Assembly (NCBI GenBank): GCA_976226885.1
Contig: OZ320314.1
Coordinates: 49,166,001 to 49,230,000, forward strand
Length of the DNA: 64,000 bases
Direction: 5' to 3'
Origin: Iphione sp. A-MEVVRFRX5
Taxonomy: Eukaryota
Positions 63,050 to 64,000 of the stretch are shown piece after piece. A program made the translations under genes and the position numbers. Below the pieces are notes generated by a model. The model made no database searches. It was given only the letters and a program-made list of their open reading frames with translations, and had not been told where the DNA came from. How positions within the stretch are numbered: the first letter of the stretch is position 1; each line of letters starts with the position of its first letter.

Positions 63050-64000
63050 TAGGCCATGTTTCTTTCCTGGGCGGAAGGACAGCTGACCCTGGACTCGTAT
63101 GCCTGGGCGGATTGCATGAGGGTGGTACTCTCCCAGGAACAGGATTGAGAGAGCTAGTGTTGGCATTCGCCAGCTACAGGCTGAGCCAGGCAGAAAGAAA
63201 TTACTGCATAACTTGCAAGGACCTGTTGGCAGTGATGTTTGATATATGGAATTTTAAGTCCTACTTAAGCCCGAAGAGGATTGTCATTTGCACTGACCAA
63301 AGCTCCTTCTCCCTATGCTGGCTGTGCCAGTTCCAGGAACTTGAGGGGCAGCTGGCCCACTGGCTAGAGGAAGTGTACTGCTATGACTTGGACATCATGC
63401 ACCAGCCCAGCAAGCAGCATGGGAATGTGGATGGGCTCTCAGGACAGAACCGCCAGCAGTGCAGCTAAAACCCTGCAGACAAAAAAGAAGAGCCAGCATT
63501 GGGAAGGGTAGCCATGGTAAGTGTGAAGCCAGCAATTAGAGCGACCCTCTAGCAGGCCCAGGAAGAGGGCGAGTTGGTTGCTAGCCAGCAGAGTCAACTG
63601 CTGAGTTGGGCAGAAGCCCCAGGGCTGGCTCCGGAGGATGACTGGGTAGCATGGCCGTTAAATAGTGAGTGGCCCTGGCTGCAAGTGGTCGACCCCCCCT
63701 CCCTGCATCAGAAGATATGGGCGGACGCCTTGGGAGGTTGTGGCAGTAGATGTGTGGGGTCCTTTCCCCATTACATCTTGTTGGAACCACTACATCATCG
63801 TCATCGCTGACCACTTCATGAAATAGACTGAGGCCTTCCCCATACGGGTGGTAGAATCTGAATCAACAGCCCTTGTGTTGGTGAAGAAAGTGGTATGCTA
63901 ATTTGGACCAACCTGGGCCCTCCACTCTGACCAAGGGAGGAACTTTGAGGTGGGTGTGATGAAAGGGCTACTCCAACTGCTGGAGATACAGAAGACGTGG
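63050..64000 (+). mobile_element. Ty3/Gypsy pol remnant (RNase H + integrase core), runs off the window
   Basis: AFASYRLSQAERNYCITCKDLLAV..ICTDQSS..EGQLAHWLE..YDLDIMHQPSKQHGNVDGLS (RNase H), then PWEVVAVDVWGPFP..YIIVIADHFMK*TEAFP..LHSDQGRNFE (integrase first and second D). Confidence 0.92.

Noticed and set aside
1-64000. Fanzor/TnpB or other RNA-guided nuclease
   Set aside because: I saw no RuvC-like motif set (D..., E, CxxC..RD.NAA) in the ORF track or in the regions I translated by hand. A heavily decayed copy cannot be excluded without an HMM search.

Overview
This is eukaryotic, repeat-rich, mostly non-coding DNA of about 40% GC. The mix of elements suggests a metazoan, probably a marine invertebrate (inference). 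I found no intact multi-exon host gene, rRNA, CRISPR array or intact transposon, and nearly all ORFs in the supplied track are chance ORFs or pieces of decayed mobile elements. Well-supported relics are: a Tigger/pogo DDE transposon (about 22.97-25.15 kb, -); a Polinton/Maverick (adintovirus-like) relic with a protein-primed PolB and an adenain-type protease (about 35.65-39.0 kb, -); a Gypsy-like 3' internal region with PPT and LTR (41.2-42.8 kb); two complementary piggyBac halves (3' half at 44.1-45.7 kb, 5' half at 55.2-56.1 kb); an internally deleted L2/CR1-type LINE (57.2-59.0 kb); and a Gypsy RNase H-integrase remnant running off the right edge (63.05-64 kb). MITEs, solo-LTR-like segments and mini/microsatellites are scattered throughout. 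Weaker leads include a second, more decayed pPolB (about 45.95-47.4 kb), a Bro-N-like trace (about 3.4-3.6 kb), a four-copy palindromic repeat-spacer array (26.58-26.88 kb) and a CpG-rich promoter-like island with a candidate signal-peptide exon (31.8-32.8 kb). All protein assignments come from motif recognition by eye in manual translations; no database search was run. I did not find convincing evidence of a new intact biological system.
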